64,000 nucleotides of DNA from IMGVR_UViG_3300004463_000226:170336-234335; one strand, 5' to 3'; positions 18,429 through 28,417 are shown, counted from the first letter of the stretch. The notes: generated from the sequence alone by a model not told the origin. A program made the numbers and translations.

Positions 18429-18436
18429 ATAATATA
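18429..18436 (-). promoter_or_regulatory. TATATTAT promoter
   Basis: Seen: plus ATAATATA upstream of the HU-like gene. Confidence 0.65.
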
Positions 18437-18509
18437 TAACTAAAATTGGGGTTGATTTTTTTATGTAATACTACCTATACTAAATAGTTGTAATGCTAAT
18501 TAAATTTAA

Positions 18510-18803
18510 TTACATTCCCATGTCACCTTTACTTACTTGTCTTATTGATTCATGTCCACATGATTCACAAGCTTCTGTCGGTTCTTCATGTAACTCATCA
18601 CACTTATCGCATAACCATATATAGTCATACTCAGTATCTTCATCGGGATCAGACATTATTGTGTCTGAGAATATTGTTGGGAGTTGTTCACTGATATATG
18701 TACTGACTGAATTAACCACCTCCTTTCGTTGTTCATTATTAAGGTGTTGACCTTTAGTTTCTAGATAAGAATTGAGTTCGCTCATTAAGAATTTTTTTAA
18801 CAT
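18510..18803 (-). CDS. Hypothetical protein with C-terminal zinc ribbon
   Basis: Seen: CDKC...CESC. Confidence 0.75.
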   Translation of the reverse strand: MLKKFLMSELNSYLETKGQHLNNEQRKEVVNSVSTYISEQLPTIFSDTIMSDPDEDTEYDYIWLCDKCDELHEEPTEACESCGHESIRQVSKGDMGM

Positions 18804-18805
18804 GT

Positions 18806-19144
18806 TTATTCATCCTCTTTAACCAATTCATTATTTGAAAAAGCTGTTCTTCTTACAGATAATCTTTCCATCGTTGGTTCTTTGGTACGATACACTCCTG
18901 TATTGGTAACAATGTATATGAATGCTTCACCCTCACGGTGGCGTGTTTCAAGCTGATCTAGTCTAAGCCCATGATTTATTGCATTCAATAACTCCCTAAC
19001 CTCACCATTTAATCTAAACATGTCAATACTACCATCAACAATTGAATCATTCCATTTGTCTCTTAAACGCTTCAATCCGAAGCGGATCATACTATCCTCT
19101 AATCTAAAATTATTCATACGCTGTTCTCTTGATTTTTGGTCCAT
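18806..19144 (-). CDS. Hypothetical protein
   Basis: Seen: 112 aa, GGGGAA RBS. Confidence 0.75.
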   Translation of the reverse strand: MDQKSREQRMNNFRLEDSMIRFGLKRLRDKWNDSIVDGSIDMFRLNGEVRELLNAINHGLRLDQLETRHREGEAFIYIVTNTGVYRTKEPTMERLSVRRTAFSNNELVKEDE

Positions 19145-19170
19145 TATCCAATTCCCCCGTGTATATAGTC

Positions 19171-19515
19171 TTATTTATTTGATGAGATATTAATCTCGAT
19201 CTCCAGTATTTTAGCAAACACTACAAATGTTTTAAACGGTAAATCGGAACGAGTAACTTTACCTAGAATACCTCGTCGTACAGTTTGAATATTTCTATCA
19301 TACTTATACTTTATTGATTTCTTATATACAGCAACAGCATTATTCCAGGCATAATCAGTAGCCTTAGGAAAATGCTGAAAGTATCTTTCTCTAAGCATTT
19401 CTCTAGAATGTTCTTCATTAATATCAATCTGCAATTCAGCCATTCTCTCCTCAATTATATTACTAAGAGGAGCATCACTTTCTAATACATTTTTAAGATC
19501 AAGTACACTATTCAT
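19171..19515 (-). CDS. Hypothetical protein, possible HTH-like C-terminus
   Basis: Seen: 114 aa, AGGAGG RBS. Confidence 0.7.
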   Translation of the reverse strand: MNSVLDLKNVLESDAPLSNIIEERMAELQIDINEEHSREMLRERYFQHFPKATDYAWNNAVAVYKKSIKYKYDRNIQTVRRGILGKVTRSDLPFKTFVVFAKILEIEINISSNK

Positions 19516-19538
19516 TATTTTTCCTCCTGTAATATTAT

Positions 19539-20171
19539 TTATTCAAACTGTCCAATAGCATTTCTATTTCTTTCCTTAAAATATTTTGACATTTTTTCAC
19601 TCACAACTTTATTTTTTCTTTCGTGTATTTTTATTGTCCAATCTCCTGTAGGATACAAAAATTCTAACATGTTTCCTATTTTACAATCAAATCTAGTATT
19701 AACAACTCTTGCAAATTTTGTATTAGCTATCTTATCATAGGTTAAAAATACGAGATCCTCATATCTGTAATTAAGATGTTCATGTAAGAACCAGTGTAAC
19801 GCTTCTCTAATATTTTCATCATCATCCCAATATCCAACAGGTACATGAAATTCCCAAGGTTTAAAACCATGTTCTGGAAAGCAAGTATTTACTATATCAT
19901 ACGTACTTTTACCTCGTAATAACCTAGCATATGCACCTTGTAATTTATAGTCAAATAGGAATGTTAATCCATACACATCAATTATTTTTTCCCTGTCATA
20001 TTTAAGTTCTTGATTGATAAGCCATCTGAAACATCGTTTAAAATTATCAAAACCTCCATTAGCAGGCATCCACGTTCCACGTGGAAAAGATTCTCTTCGT
20101 CCTTTCAAAATATCTGAATAAATTTCTTCTATACTTTGAACCTCATTGACAGACTTACCCATTATTTTCAT
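19539..20171 (-). CDS. Hypothetical protein resembling the DUF4046 family
   Basis: Seen: IYSDILKGRRESFPRGTW and FKPWEF...GYW repeats. Inferred: family assignment from memory of the motif. Confidence 0.5.
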   Translation of the reverse strand: MKIMGKSVNEVQSIEEIYSDILKGRRESFPRGTWMPANGGFDNFKRCFRWLINQELKYDREKIIDVYGLTFLFDYKLQGAYARLLRGKSTYDIVNTCFPEHGFKPWEFHVPVGYWDDDENIREALHWFLHEHLNYRYEDLVFLTYDKIANTKFARVVNTRFDCKIGNMLEFLYPTGDWTIKIHERKNKVVSEKMSKYFKERNRNAIGQFE

Positions 20172-20619
20172 CCTTTACTGGTATCCATGAATCATCATAT
20201 TCAACACCGTCAGTATCATCAATAAATGTAAATGAGCATTCGAGATCATACTTACGTAAATTTCCAATTAGATATGGTAAATCATTAGTTCCAACAATTA
20301 TTTCATCTGTATTAGGATCATAAGAAAATGCATAATTATCTCCTATCAATCCCGATGCTAATCGTCTTATATCTTCAAATAGTGGACATTTGACTTTAAT
20401 ATTATGAAATGGAAACATATAATCTTCAGGTATATTATCCTTTATCCATCTATAAACAAATCCTTTTACTTTAAAATCATTCCATCCCCATTGAAGAGAA
20501 CTGACTTGTATATGGGTAGGTATAGATTTCTCCATTGCAACTATCTGTTTTGCATGGGGTTCATATCCATGAGCTCTGTAAAAACATTCTGTTAAAGTTT
20601 CATGTATTGGTATTATCAT
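20155..20619 (-). CDS. Hypothetical protein (start revised to MIIPIH)
   Basis: Seen: AAGGAG RBS upstream of ATG 20619. Confidence 0.65.
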   Translation of the reverse strand: MIIPIHETLTECFYRAHGYEPHAKQIVAMEKSIPTHIQVSSLQWGWNDFKVKGFVYRWIKDNIPEDYMFPFHNIKVKCPLFEDIRRLASGLIGDNYAFSYDPNTDEIIVGTNDLPYLIGNLRKYDLECSFTFIDDTDGVEYDDSWIPVKDENNG

Positions 20620-21208
20620 TGTTTCTATCTCCTTTTGGAATTGGTATAGTGATTCCATCAATGTCTGGTTTTCCTGTTGGACCTCCCCATTCAACTACTC
20701 TAATATCTGGATTATTGAGAAGGATTCTTATTTCCCTTTCAGTAAAACCATATACTGATAAGGCTGATGGATCGAAATCAATAATAGGCTTTTGTGTCTT
20801 TAATGCTGTCGTGAGAGTATCACTTTCAATAATTGCAAACTTCGGAAGCTTTTCTCCAAGTTGCCTTATTAGAGCAGTTCTTTCCATATCTTCAAAAGAT
20901 TCACCAAATAAAAGAACTCCTTTTGCAGATACTCCTGGTCTAGCATACATGGTTTCGATACCATCATTCTTAATACCTACATCAAATACATCAAGGAAGT
21001 CTAATTCAACAGCTTCATGATTTACATCCTCCTTATATTTATTATGCCACTCATGTACTTTCTTTAGTCCTTCTTCAGCAAAAGTTCTAAAAATGTCTAT
21101 GATATCATCATGTGTTACTTTTATTCCTTTACCTTCTAAAACTTTACGGGTTTCCTCAGCAATTTCAATCATTTGTTCTGGGTTAACTCCTAGTCTACGC
21201 ACTGTCAT
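20600..21208 (-). CDS. Protein with N-terminal HU-like domain (family paralog 4) and extra C-terminal domain
   Basis: Seen: LDFLDVFDVGIKND and MYARPGVSAKGVL parallel LNIMQLLDLGVSYR and PYAIPGQEFKLLV of 17955..18302. Confidence 0.55.
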   Translation of the reverse strand: MTVRRLGVNPEQMIEIAEETRKVLEGKGIKVTHDDIIDIFRTFAEEGLKKVHEWHNKYKEDVNHEAVELDFLDVFDVGIKNDGIETMYARPGVSAKGVLLFGESFEDMERTALIRQLGEKLPKFAIIESDTLTTALKTQKPIIDFDPSALSVYGFTEREIRILLNNPDIRVVEWGGPTGKPDIDGITIPIPKGDRNNDNTNT

Positions 21209-21440
21209 TATTATTCTCCTTTGATTGTATATTTTTTAGTTCATTCAGATCTATATTCATCTCACGGGCAAGATGTAATATATCATATGCTGTTAAACGG
21301 TCATTCTTCATTCTATCGATAAATGTTTTATAATTGATGGCGCACTGTCTAGCAGCCCATACTTTACTACGTCCTTGACGATAAAGTATCCTCTCTATTA
21401 TCTTACTAAGAGGAATATTTTTATCAGACTTAATTTCCAC
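21195..21440 (-). CDS. XRE/Cro-like HTH protein
   Basis: Seen: IERILYRQGRSKVWAARQCAINYKTFIDRMKNDRLTAYDILHLAREMNIDL. Confidence 0.65.
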   Translation of the reverse strand: MEIKSDKNIPLSKIIERILYRQGRSKVWAARQCAINYKTFIDRMKNDRLTAYDILHLAREMNIDLNELKNIQSKENNNDSA

Positions 21441-21723
21441 TATTAATTTCCTCCACCTTAATTAATACCCCCAACTTACCAATTGATGTATTTAGATTTA
21501 TTGAAACATGGTTCTCTGAAAAAGCAGAGAACCATGATGGTATTTTAATTTCAGGATATTTTTCACTTATTAATTCTTCACATAAGTCATATGTTGCATG
21601 GAGGAATTGTCTGCTTGTAGGTTTATCCTTTCTCTTACAAGCATCCATAATAACATAAATAACATTACATAATTCTTTCTTGATAATTCTAATGATATCT
21701 TGTTTAGTTGATTCGATGTTCAT
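21430..21723 (-). CDS. Hypothetical protein
   Basis: Seen: 97 aa, AAGGGG RBS. Confidence 0.7.
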   Translation of the reverse strand: MNIESTKQDIIRIIKKELCNVIYVIMDACKRKDKPTSRQFLHATYDLCEELISEKYPEIKIPSWFSAFSENHVSINLNTSIGKLGVLIKVEEINSGN

Positions 21724-21741
21724 GGTTTATCCCCTTAGTAA

Positions 21742-23859
21742 TTATTTTTGATATTCAAACATTCTGTAAGCATCGTTGATAGAAACTATTTCCTTCCCGT
21801 CTTTCCTTGCTTTGTCAACTTTACTGCTGGATTCATTGAGACTTGGTATAATAAGCATATCAACTTCTTTAGTGTACTTATCCATAACCATAACGTCACG
21901 GCTGTCGAGATATTTCTCAAACTCTTTATCCCTCACTTTACTGAAAGCAACTTTAATCGTGTACTTGCGAGTATCACGTTTTACTGTAAGCACGGAACGT
22001 AGAAACTTAATTAACTCGACATTTGCATTCACACCCTCGATAATCTTTACGGCAGTTTTCTCTTTTATTCCTCCTATCTTAGTAAGCCTCTTATAATCAT
22101 TCTTAGATGATATATCTAACAACTCATCTATATTATATATATCTAAAATCTTCTTAAACATTTTGCGCCCAATTGTAGGTATACCAATTGAACCTATAAG
22201 CTCATAATCATATACTTCTTTCCTAGAATCAATACCATCAAGTATCTTCTGGAATGACTTAGAACCGAATCCATTAAGAGCAACAATTTCTCTTTCGTGA
22301 TCTCTTAATTTATATAAACTCTCTATAGATCCTAAGATGTTTTCTTTAAATAAGGTTGTAATGATTCCAATAGAGATATTAGGTATAGACATTTTCTCTA
22401 CATAGTTTTCTATCTTACCAATTATTCTGGAATCACAGTAATCATTGTTGCATCGTAACACTGGCTGCTTTACTAACGGTTTATTACAATATGGGCAGTC
22501 TGTGGGAGATTTGAATCTCTCTCCAACATTTGTGTTTTCTGGATCTAATTCAAGATAAGGGATCACATCATACTTGATAATTACAGAATCCCCTTTAGAT
22601 AACTTTAAGCTTTCGAATCTATCCATAGAACCTAATGATATACTAGAGATTTTGTTACCTTTCAACTTAACAGGTTCTATTTTAGCAGTAGGAGCAACAT
22701 TACCGAGTGAACCTACTGAGAACTCAACATCATTGATAGATGTTTTCTTTTGCTGTGGTGGAAGTTTATATGCTACTTCAAATTTATTGATATTGCCTTC
22801 ACGACCTAAAGCATTTCTTATATCTGGATTAGTGATACGGATGACCATTCCATCAATATCAATTCCATGGGCTTCATCAACCATATTAGTCAGAATTTTT
22901 ATCCAGTTTTTAATTTCATCAAAATCATATAACTTTATACCTATCATAGATGGATAGTCAGCATATACCTGCATTGGCGTAGATATTTCTTTTGTTTTAT
23001 AATTTTGAACCTGAAGAGGAATTACTGTTAGAAATTCAAGGTATTTTCTATCTAACTCTTTAGAATTAATAATAGAACTGACTGCGCTTCTAGGACTTTT
23101 AAAGTCACCATATTTAGCACACAGTCTTTCATAATTTTCACGAGTCATTACAATTTCAGTTTTAACACCAAAAGGAAGACCTACATTAAAACGATCAACC
23201 TCACTCATATTAGTTCCTTTAAACATCGATGTCATTTCCTCAGCTTCATTTCTATCAGTATCTCCTCTCTTTAAAGCCTTCTCAACATCACCGCTACCAT
23301 TACATTCAAGTATACCTGATATACCATCCCACTTAGGAATAATCTCTATTACAATATCCTTTGGAAGATTTTTACCTAACTTATTAGAAGACGACTTAAT
23401 CCAATCTTCTAATGATTTACGTTTCTCTCCTGGTTTCTTCTCATCATTTGTGATGAAATGGATTTTATCGAGTGTACCTCTTAAGTCAGGGTATTTATGG
23501 GCAGAAATAACTTTATTCTTAGCATTACTTATACCAGCACCAACTATTTCATTTCCATTAACATCACGATGCAGTTCGTATAGCTTATCATAATTCTCAT
23601 CGCTTATTGGAGATACTATGTCGCTATTGTTATATACTTCCTGAAGTATACGAACCACTAATTCAATAATAGCATTATCTTCTTCATCAAGATCAGTAAC
23701 TACGTTGATATAATAGTTTACAAGATTATTGATTTTTAGAGGTCCCGTTAGTATCTCCAACCCCTTCTCAAAATCTCCGTCATAACGTAACTCATTGTAT
23801 AGATCTTGTAACTGTGCTAAAATACTTTTCTTGTCCATTTTATAATCATCCTTTCTCAC
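21742..23859 (-). CDS. ligA: NAD-dependent DNA ligase
   Basis: Seen: KWDG adenylation motif, DIDGMVI, AYKLP, Zn finger CPYC...CNNDYC, HhH repeats, BRCT-like C-terminus. Confidence 0.93.
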   Translation of the reverse strand: MRKDDYKMDKKSILAQLQDLYNELRYDGDFEKGLEILTGPLKINNLVNYYINVVTDLDEEDNAIIELVVRILQEVYNNSDIVSPISDENYDKLYELHRDVNGNEIVGAGISNAKNKVISAHKYPDLRGTLDKIHFITNDEKKPGEKRKSLEDWIKSSSNKLGKNLPKDIVIEIIPKWDGISGILECNGSGDVEKALKRGDTDRNEAEEMTSMFKGTNMSEVDRFNVGLPFGVKTEIVMTRENYERLCAKYGDFKSPRSAVSSIINSKELDRKYLEFLTVIPLQVQNYKTKEISTPMQVYADYPSMIGIKLYDFDEIKNWIKILTNMVDEAHGIDIDGMVIRITNPDIRNALGREGNINKFEVAYKLPPQQKKTSINDVEFSVGSLGNVAPTAKIEPVKLKGNKISSISLGSMDRFESLKLSKGDSVIIKYDVIPYLELDPENTNVGERFKSPTDCPYCNKPLVKQPVLRCNNDYCDSRIIGKIENYVEKMSIPNISIGIITTLFKENILGSIESLYKLRDHEREIVALNGFGSKSFQKILDGIDSRKEVYDYELIGSIGIPTIGRKMFKKILDIYNIDELLDISSKNDYKRLTKIGGIKEKTAVKIIEGVNANVELIKFLRSVLTVKRDTRKYTIKVAFSKVRDKEFEKYLDSRDVMVMDKYTKEVDMLIIPSLNESSSKVDKARKDGKEIVSINDAYRMFEYQK

Positions 23860-23880
23860 CTAATTGTTAATTACGTATTA

Positions 23881-23888
23881 ATAATATA
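23881..23888 (-). promoter_or_regulatory. TATATTAT promoter
   Basis: Seen: plus ATAATATA upstream of ligA. Confidence 0.65.
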
Positions 23889-23924
23889 TAATCAAAAAAA
23901 ATAAACCGTGTGTAGATACACGGT

Positions 23925-24944
23925 TTATAGCCAAGGCATTATTTTACGTAAATTAGTCATAGTTGATTCATCAAGTTTAAGTAGAGGTTGTGACGGACCT
24001 TCTAATGGTGATCTAGGTGTTTCAAAGTTAACAAGAACAGTTCGTGGTTTAGGTAACTCTTTCTTAGGTTTTTCTGCATTGACAGCAACGACTGTTTCTT
24101 TAGGTTTTTCTACTTTAGGTTTAGGCGACTCTACTGCTGGCTTTGGTTTCTCTGTTTCAGTTGGGGCTGAAGAACCTACAGTAAATCTTCTTTTATTAAA
24201 CGTGATCATACGAGGCTTGACCTTAGGTTTGTTATCTGCTTCAGTGATTAGGAAAGGTTCTTCCTCTTGGACAGACAATGGATTCTCATCGGGTGATTCA
24301 GGTTCATCAGGCGTGTCATCTTTAGGAGGATTTGCTTTAGCCTTTTCTTCATCCTCCTGTTTTTTCTTTTCCCTTTCTATTTGCTCATCAATAAATATAT
24401 ATAGAGATTCAATAAGACGCTCTATCTTTTCAGCAACACCAGGGAGTTTAAATAGATCTCCAAGGATTGCTTTAAATGCATTAGCACCTCCCATCATTTT
24501 AACTACCTTAGCAGTATCCTCATTTCTCTTTGCAACAACAACAATTTTATCCACAAGCTTTCTTGTGATATTTTTCTTTTGAGGAATAGTGCCTCCTTTT
24601 AAAACCTGTATAGTTATATCATTAACTACTTCTGGAAATGCAGGATCAATGAGTTCAAGACCAAATCCTTGTTCATCTGTTAACTTAACATCTGTTTCTT
24701 GAATGCTGTCAATATTTTTTAGCTGTAATTCATTAAGATCATTTATTACAAATTGATCAGCTCCATCATCTTTCTTAACAGGGAATAAATCAGCAATACC
24801 TTCCATTCTAATTTCAAATTCTTCTAATTCCCCGTTCATTTCAATCAATTGATGTGGTGTACCTTTAGCCATGTCTTCTGATTCTCCTTTTACCTTTGAT
24901 GTATCAGCTACGCTGTCAAAACTTAATGTGCCTTTTCTAGACAT
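23925..24944 (-). CDS. Hypothetical ParA-associated protein (start revised to MSRKG)
   Basis: Seen: GAGGAGG RBS inside the parA 3' end, 8-nt overlap; acidic N-half and P/E/K-rich linker; no ParB Box II motif. Confidence 0.75.
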   Translation of the reverse strand: MSRKGTLSFDSVADTSKVKGESEDMAKGTPHQLIEMNGELEEFEIRMEGIADLFPVKKDDGADQFVINDLNELQLKNIDSIQETDVKLTDEQGFGLELIDPAFPEVVNDITIQVLKGGTIPQKKNITRKLVDKIVVVAKRNEDTAKVVKMMGGANAFKAILGDLFKLPGVAEKIERLIESLYIFIDEQIEREKKKQEDEEKAKANPPKDDTPDEPESPDENPLSVQEEEPFLITEADNKPKVKPRMITFNKRRFTVGSSAPTETEKPKPAVESPKPKVEKPKETVVAVNAEKPKKELPKPRTVLVNFETPRSPLEGPSQPLLKLDESTMTNLRKIMPWL

Positions 24945-25731
24945 TTTGCAGAACCTCCTCAACTAGTTCGAAATAGCATTCAGAAACTTTGTGACTCGGT
25001 AACGCAAGTGTTGCAGGTGATTCATGATATGCAATACTGGATGCATAACGAATTGACTTAGGAATAATTGTATCCATCATAGGGATATTATTATCCTGAC
25101 AAAATCTTCTTGCTGTTGCCATAATCTCACTATGCAGACTTGTTCTCATGTCCACAAGAGTTGCTACAACTCCCATTAACTCAAGATCAGGATTAAATTT
25201 GTTCTTAAAGTCCTCAATTGTATCCAGTATCTTAATTAATGCACGCATTGAGTAGCTTTCTGGCTGGAATGGAACAATTACTTTGTCAGCAAATCTTAAA
25301 GCATTTCCTTGAATAAGTCCAAAGTTCGGTGGTGTATCAATAATGATATAATCATACCCATAAACAACGAAGTCTAACGCATCTTTAAGTAGATCGAATT
25401 GATCAGGATACTTATCTTTATTAGGAATAACCTCAAACTCAAAGTTACCCATTTCCTCATTGGCTGGAATAACGTCGATATAGTCATGAACTTTTACGAT
25501 AGTCTTATATGGATTTGGAAGCTCTCCAGTTAAAAGATCACGTACCGTACATTCAACCTGATCAGGATTCTTACCGAAGGATATCAATACATTCCCTTGA
25601 GAATCCATATCAACTAGTAACACCTTTTTATTCTGAGCAGCTAATACGCCAGCAATATTAACAGCTAAGGTTGTTTTTAAAACTCCACCTTTCCTTGTAG
25701 AAATTGTCCAGATCTCAGCTCTCCCTGACAT
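24937..25731 (-). CDS. parA: ParA/Soj-family ATPase
   Basis: Seen: deviant Walker A RKGGVLKTT, VLLVDMDSQGN, YIIIDTPP, IVPFQPE, IPKSIRY. Confidence 0.93.
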   Translation of the reverse strand: MSGRAEIWTISTRKGGVLKTTLAVNIAGVLAAQNKKVLLVDMDSQGNVLISFGKNPDQVECTVRDLLTGELPNPYKTIVKVHDYIDVIPANEEMGNFEFEVIPNKDKYPDQFDLLKDALDFVVYGYDYIIIDTPPNFGLIQGNALRFADKVIVPFQPESYSMRALIKILDTIEDFKNKFNPDLELMGVVATLVDMRTSLHSEIMATARRFCQDNNIPMMDTIIPKSIRYASSIAYHESPATLALPSHKVSECYFELVEEVLQNV

Positions 25732-25753
25732 AATATTTCCCCCTTTAATATAT

Positions 25754-25780
25754 TGATGTATTTATATATCTAATACATCA
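25754..25780. repeat. 9-bp perfect inverted repeat upstream of parA
   Basis: Seen: TGATGTATT-TATATATCT-AATACATCA. Confidence 0.85.
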
Positions 25781-25837
25781 TACCTTTATAATGTATAAAC
25801 AAAAAAAGAGGAGATACGGTTTCCCGTATCTCCCATA

Positions 25838-26134
25838 TTATTCCCCTTCAGGATATATGCTTTTTTGTTGCATAAATCTCTTTGCTTCATTTAAAGCCCA
25901 CAGTACAACATCAATACTTTCGATTTTATCAAAAGTCATTCTCACTGGGGTATCTTCCAACAGTGTCTCTATACCAATCTTATAATCCCCATGCTCACCA
26001 ATTGGATTGGGAGTAATTCGTTGGAAGAAACTTACTGAGCCTATCTCAGTATCTTTTAGTAAGCCAGGACATACTTCAATATCCCCACTTCCAAATTCTA
26101 ATTGCACTGATTCATCTACTTTGACTATAGGCAT
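25838..26134 (-). CDS. Hypothetical protein
   Basis: Seen: 98 aa, AGGAGG RBS, terminator at 25801-25833. Confidence 0.75.
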   Translation of the reverse strand: MPIVKVDESVQLEFGSGDIEVCPGLLKDTEIGSVSFFQRITPNPIGEHGDYKIGIETLLEDTPVRMTFDKIESIDVVLWALNEAKRFMQQKSIYPEGE

Positions 26135-26146
26135 TTAGATTCCTCC

Positions 26147-28417
26147 TCATAGATCTAAATCAATAACCATCTTACCTTCAATTCGTTTACTCCATTCAAT
26201 GTCCTTCTTAACTTGGTCTTCGAACTCTTCTGGAGTACCAATAAATAGCTTTTCGTTCTTGTATTCTTCTCGGATGTTATGTTCACGAAGATATTCTTCA
26301 TATTTCTCTTTGGTACAAACATACATTGTACCATCAATCATGTAGTCCCGTATCTCATCTGTATACAAGTCTACATTCATTCTTTCATCAGAGAATACTA
26401 GTCGAATACCCATAGCCTTAAAATAAGCCTGTAAGATTTCAACATTTCGATTAGTGAACTCATCAGAATACTTGAAGTCTTTAATTGGCTTGATGTTGGT
26501 TGCTAGTTGTTCACCAAGGTCTCTTCGTCCGATGACTGAAGAACGATAGAATAGATGTAACTGCGCAATTATATTTGTAGGTACGCCAATAGCACTGTTT
26601 ATGTTCTCTTGGTCACCTATACGTATTGGAGTCTTACTATATAACTCTTGATGTGTTTTAGCTTTATTAGATTTCTCAGGAATACCTTTCTTACTTAAGC
26701 TTCCTGTTGAACGTACACTGAAACCTTTCTTAGATGTCTGCTTTAACTTGATAACATACATATCGCCGACAACAAGTTTTTTCAGTACTTTAATTTTACG
26801 ACCAAATCTATTAACATATACATCATATGGTTTGATCCAGTCAAACTCTTTATACAAGTCTCTGATTCTATCGAATAGAGGCTCTTTTTCCCATAGTGGT
26901 GGGATATGGATGAATATACCTTCATCCTCAATACTCTTAAAGAATATTCCCTGTTCCATTAAGCTCAGCTTATCAATGAACTTTCTTAATTTTTCCTCCT
27001 GCTCTTTATTAAAGTACCAGACAGTTCTTAATAGAAGTTCTGTTTTCTCTTTAATAGTATCAAGAGTAGCCAATCTTTCTTTGACACGGTTACAAATGAA
27101 TGTAATGGACTGCTCAAATAGCTGCTGGGAGTTTAATCGGTTGATTACTCCTAATGTATTAAAGATAATATCTACACGTTCTCCTGTTTCTAGGAAAGGC
27201 ATTTCATCATCTGGTAGGATCTTAGAAATAACACCTTTATTACCATAACGTCCAGTAATCTTTTGACCTACTCCTAGTGGGATATCACGTTGAATAACAA
27301 ACTCAATAATCATGTTGCTGAATACTGAGTTATCTTCTTCTCTCCACTTGTAATTAGGATCTAGGATATCTCTAGCTTTCTTGTAATAATAGTTAATATC
27401 TTTGGAGTATTTAGATCCAGAATTAATAATTCTTTCACAACGATCTTTAACCTGCTCATAGAAAGAACGCTGCATTTTAAGAATATCTAATATCTGAGCA
27501 TTGAATGTATTATCATCTAATTCTTCGATAGTTTTGTTAGAGTAGATAGTAATATCCACAATTTGTCCATCGCAGAAAGATAATACATCTGATGAGAAAT
27601 TGATTTTGCGCAGATTAGATTTCTTTACATCATATAATAACTGATTGTTATGTATACGGCGCTTTGCACATACAATCTTGTCCTTAACATACTCATTAAT
27701 GTTAGGGAAACATTTGTAGTTTTCGGAATCACCATATAAATTACATAAGATATCATTGTCATTTAATGACACTTTAACTGTTTCGATTTCCTTAGAAATC
27801 ATGGATTTAGAGAAACTTTCAGATACCATGATAGCATCCTCGATGGTATTGTTTTCAAGCATGTATACAAACTTTGCATTCTTCCCATAGCAGTAATTCA
27901 TGTTATCGTCGTAAGAAGTTGTTTTGTAAAGTACTTCATCCTTCTTAACAACATCTCCAACAGATTTACTGTCCATGTTCTTATTGTTGTAGACAAACCC
28001 GAATTTCTCTGTTAAATCCTCTACATTTCTTTTCATGATAACATCATACATGTCATTCTCTTCATCATACACAAACAACAGGTACGAATGGTCATCATTG
28101 ACCCCGTTTTGGAATCTTGAAATCTTGTCAATGATTTTCAACTGACTCTTAGCCTGATAATACCCAGTAGAGTATTTACCAACTAGATTTTCATAGTTGG
28201 TAAATACCTTAGGGAAATCAGGATGGAGTACATTGACAAATTGTCTTAGATGGCTGGTAAACATAATATTCCTTGAAGATGAGATGTATCCAGGATTCGT
28301 TAATAATGTCATTCCAAATATATCATCTTTGAAATGAAGCTCTCTTTCTTTTTCCTGTAACTTCTCTCTTAACTGCACTGAGGATGGTATGTTTCTTTTA
28401 TCCTTATCAATTGCCAC
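26147..28417 (-). CDS. rpoB: Multisubunit RNA polymerase beta subunit, C-terminal piece (probably non-virion RNAP)
   Basis: Seen: SSSRNIMFTSHLRQ, GQKITGRYGNKGVISKILPDDEMP, VDIIFNTLGVINRLN, RSTG, PIRIGDQE, matching conserved beta regions. Confidence 0.92.
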   Translation of the reverse strand: MAIDKDKRNIPSSVQLREKLQEKERELHFKDDIFGMTLLTNPGYISSSRNIMFTSHLRQFVNVLHPDFPKVFTNYENLVGKYSTGYYQAKSQLKIIDKISRFQNGVNDDHSYLLFVYDEENDMYDVIMKRNVEDLTEKFGFVYNNKNMDSKSVGDVVKKDEVLYKTTSYDDNMNYCYGKNAKFVYMLENNTIEDAIMVSESFSKSMISKEIETVKVSLNDNDILCNLYGDSENYKCFPNINEYVKDKIVCAKRRIHNNQLLYDVKKSNLRKINFSSDVLSFCDGQIVDITIYSNKTIEELDDNTFNAQILDILKMQRSFYEQVKDRCERIINSGSKYSKDINYYYKKARDILDPNYKWREEDNSVFSNMIIEFVIQRDIPLGVGQKITGRYGNKGVISKILPDDEMPFLETGERVDIIFNTLGVINRLNSQQLFEQSITFICNRVKERLATLDTIKEKTELLLRTVWYFNKEQEEKLRKFIDKLSLMEQGIFFKSIEDEGIFIHIPPLWEKEPLFDRIRDLYKEFDWIKPYDVYVNRFGRKIKVLKKLVVGDMYVIKLKQTSKKGFSVRSTGSLSKKGIPEKSNKAKTHQELYSKTPIRIGDQENINSAIGVPTNIIAQLHLFYRSSVIGRRDLGEQLATNIKPIKDFKYSDEFTNRNVEILQAYFKAMGIRLVFSDERMNVDLYTDEIRDYMIDGTMYVCTKEKYEEYLREHNIREEYKNEKLFIGTPEEFEDQVKKDIEWSKRIEGKMVIDLDL

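Noticed and set aside
23925-24944. Calling the ParA neighbour ParB
   Set aside because: No GxxRxxA Box II or HTH seen.
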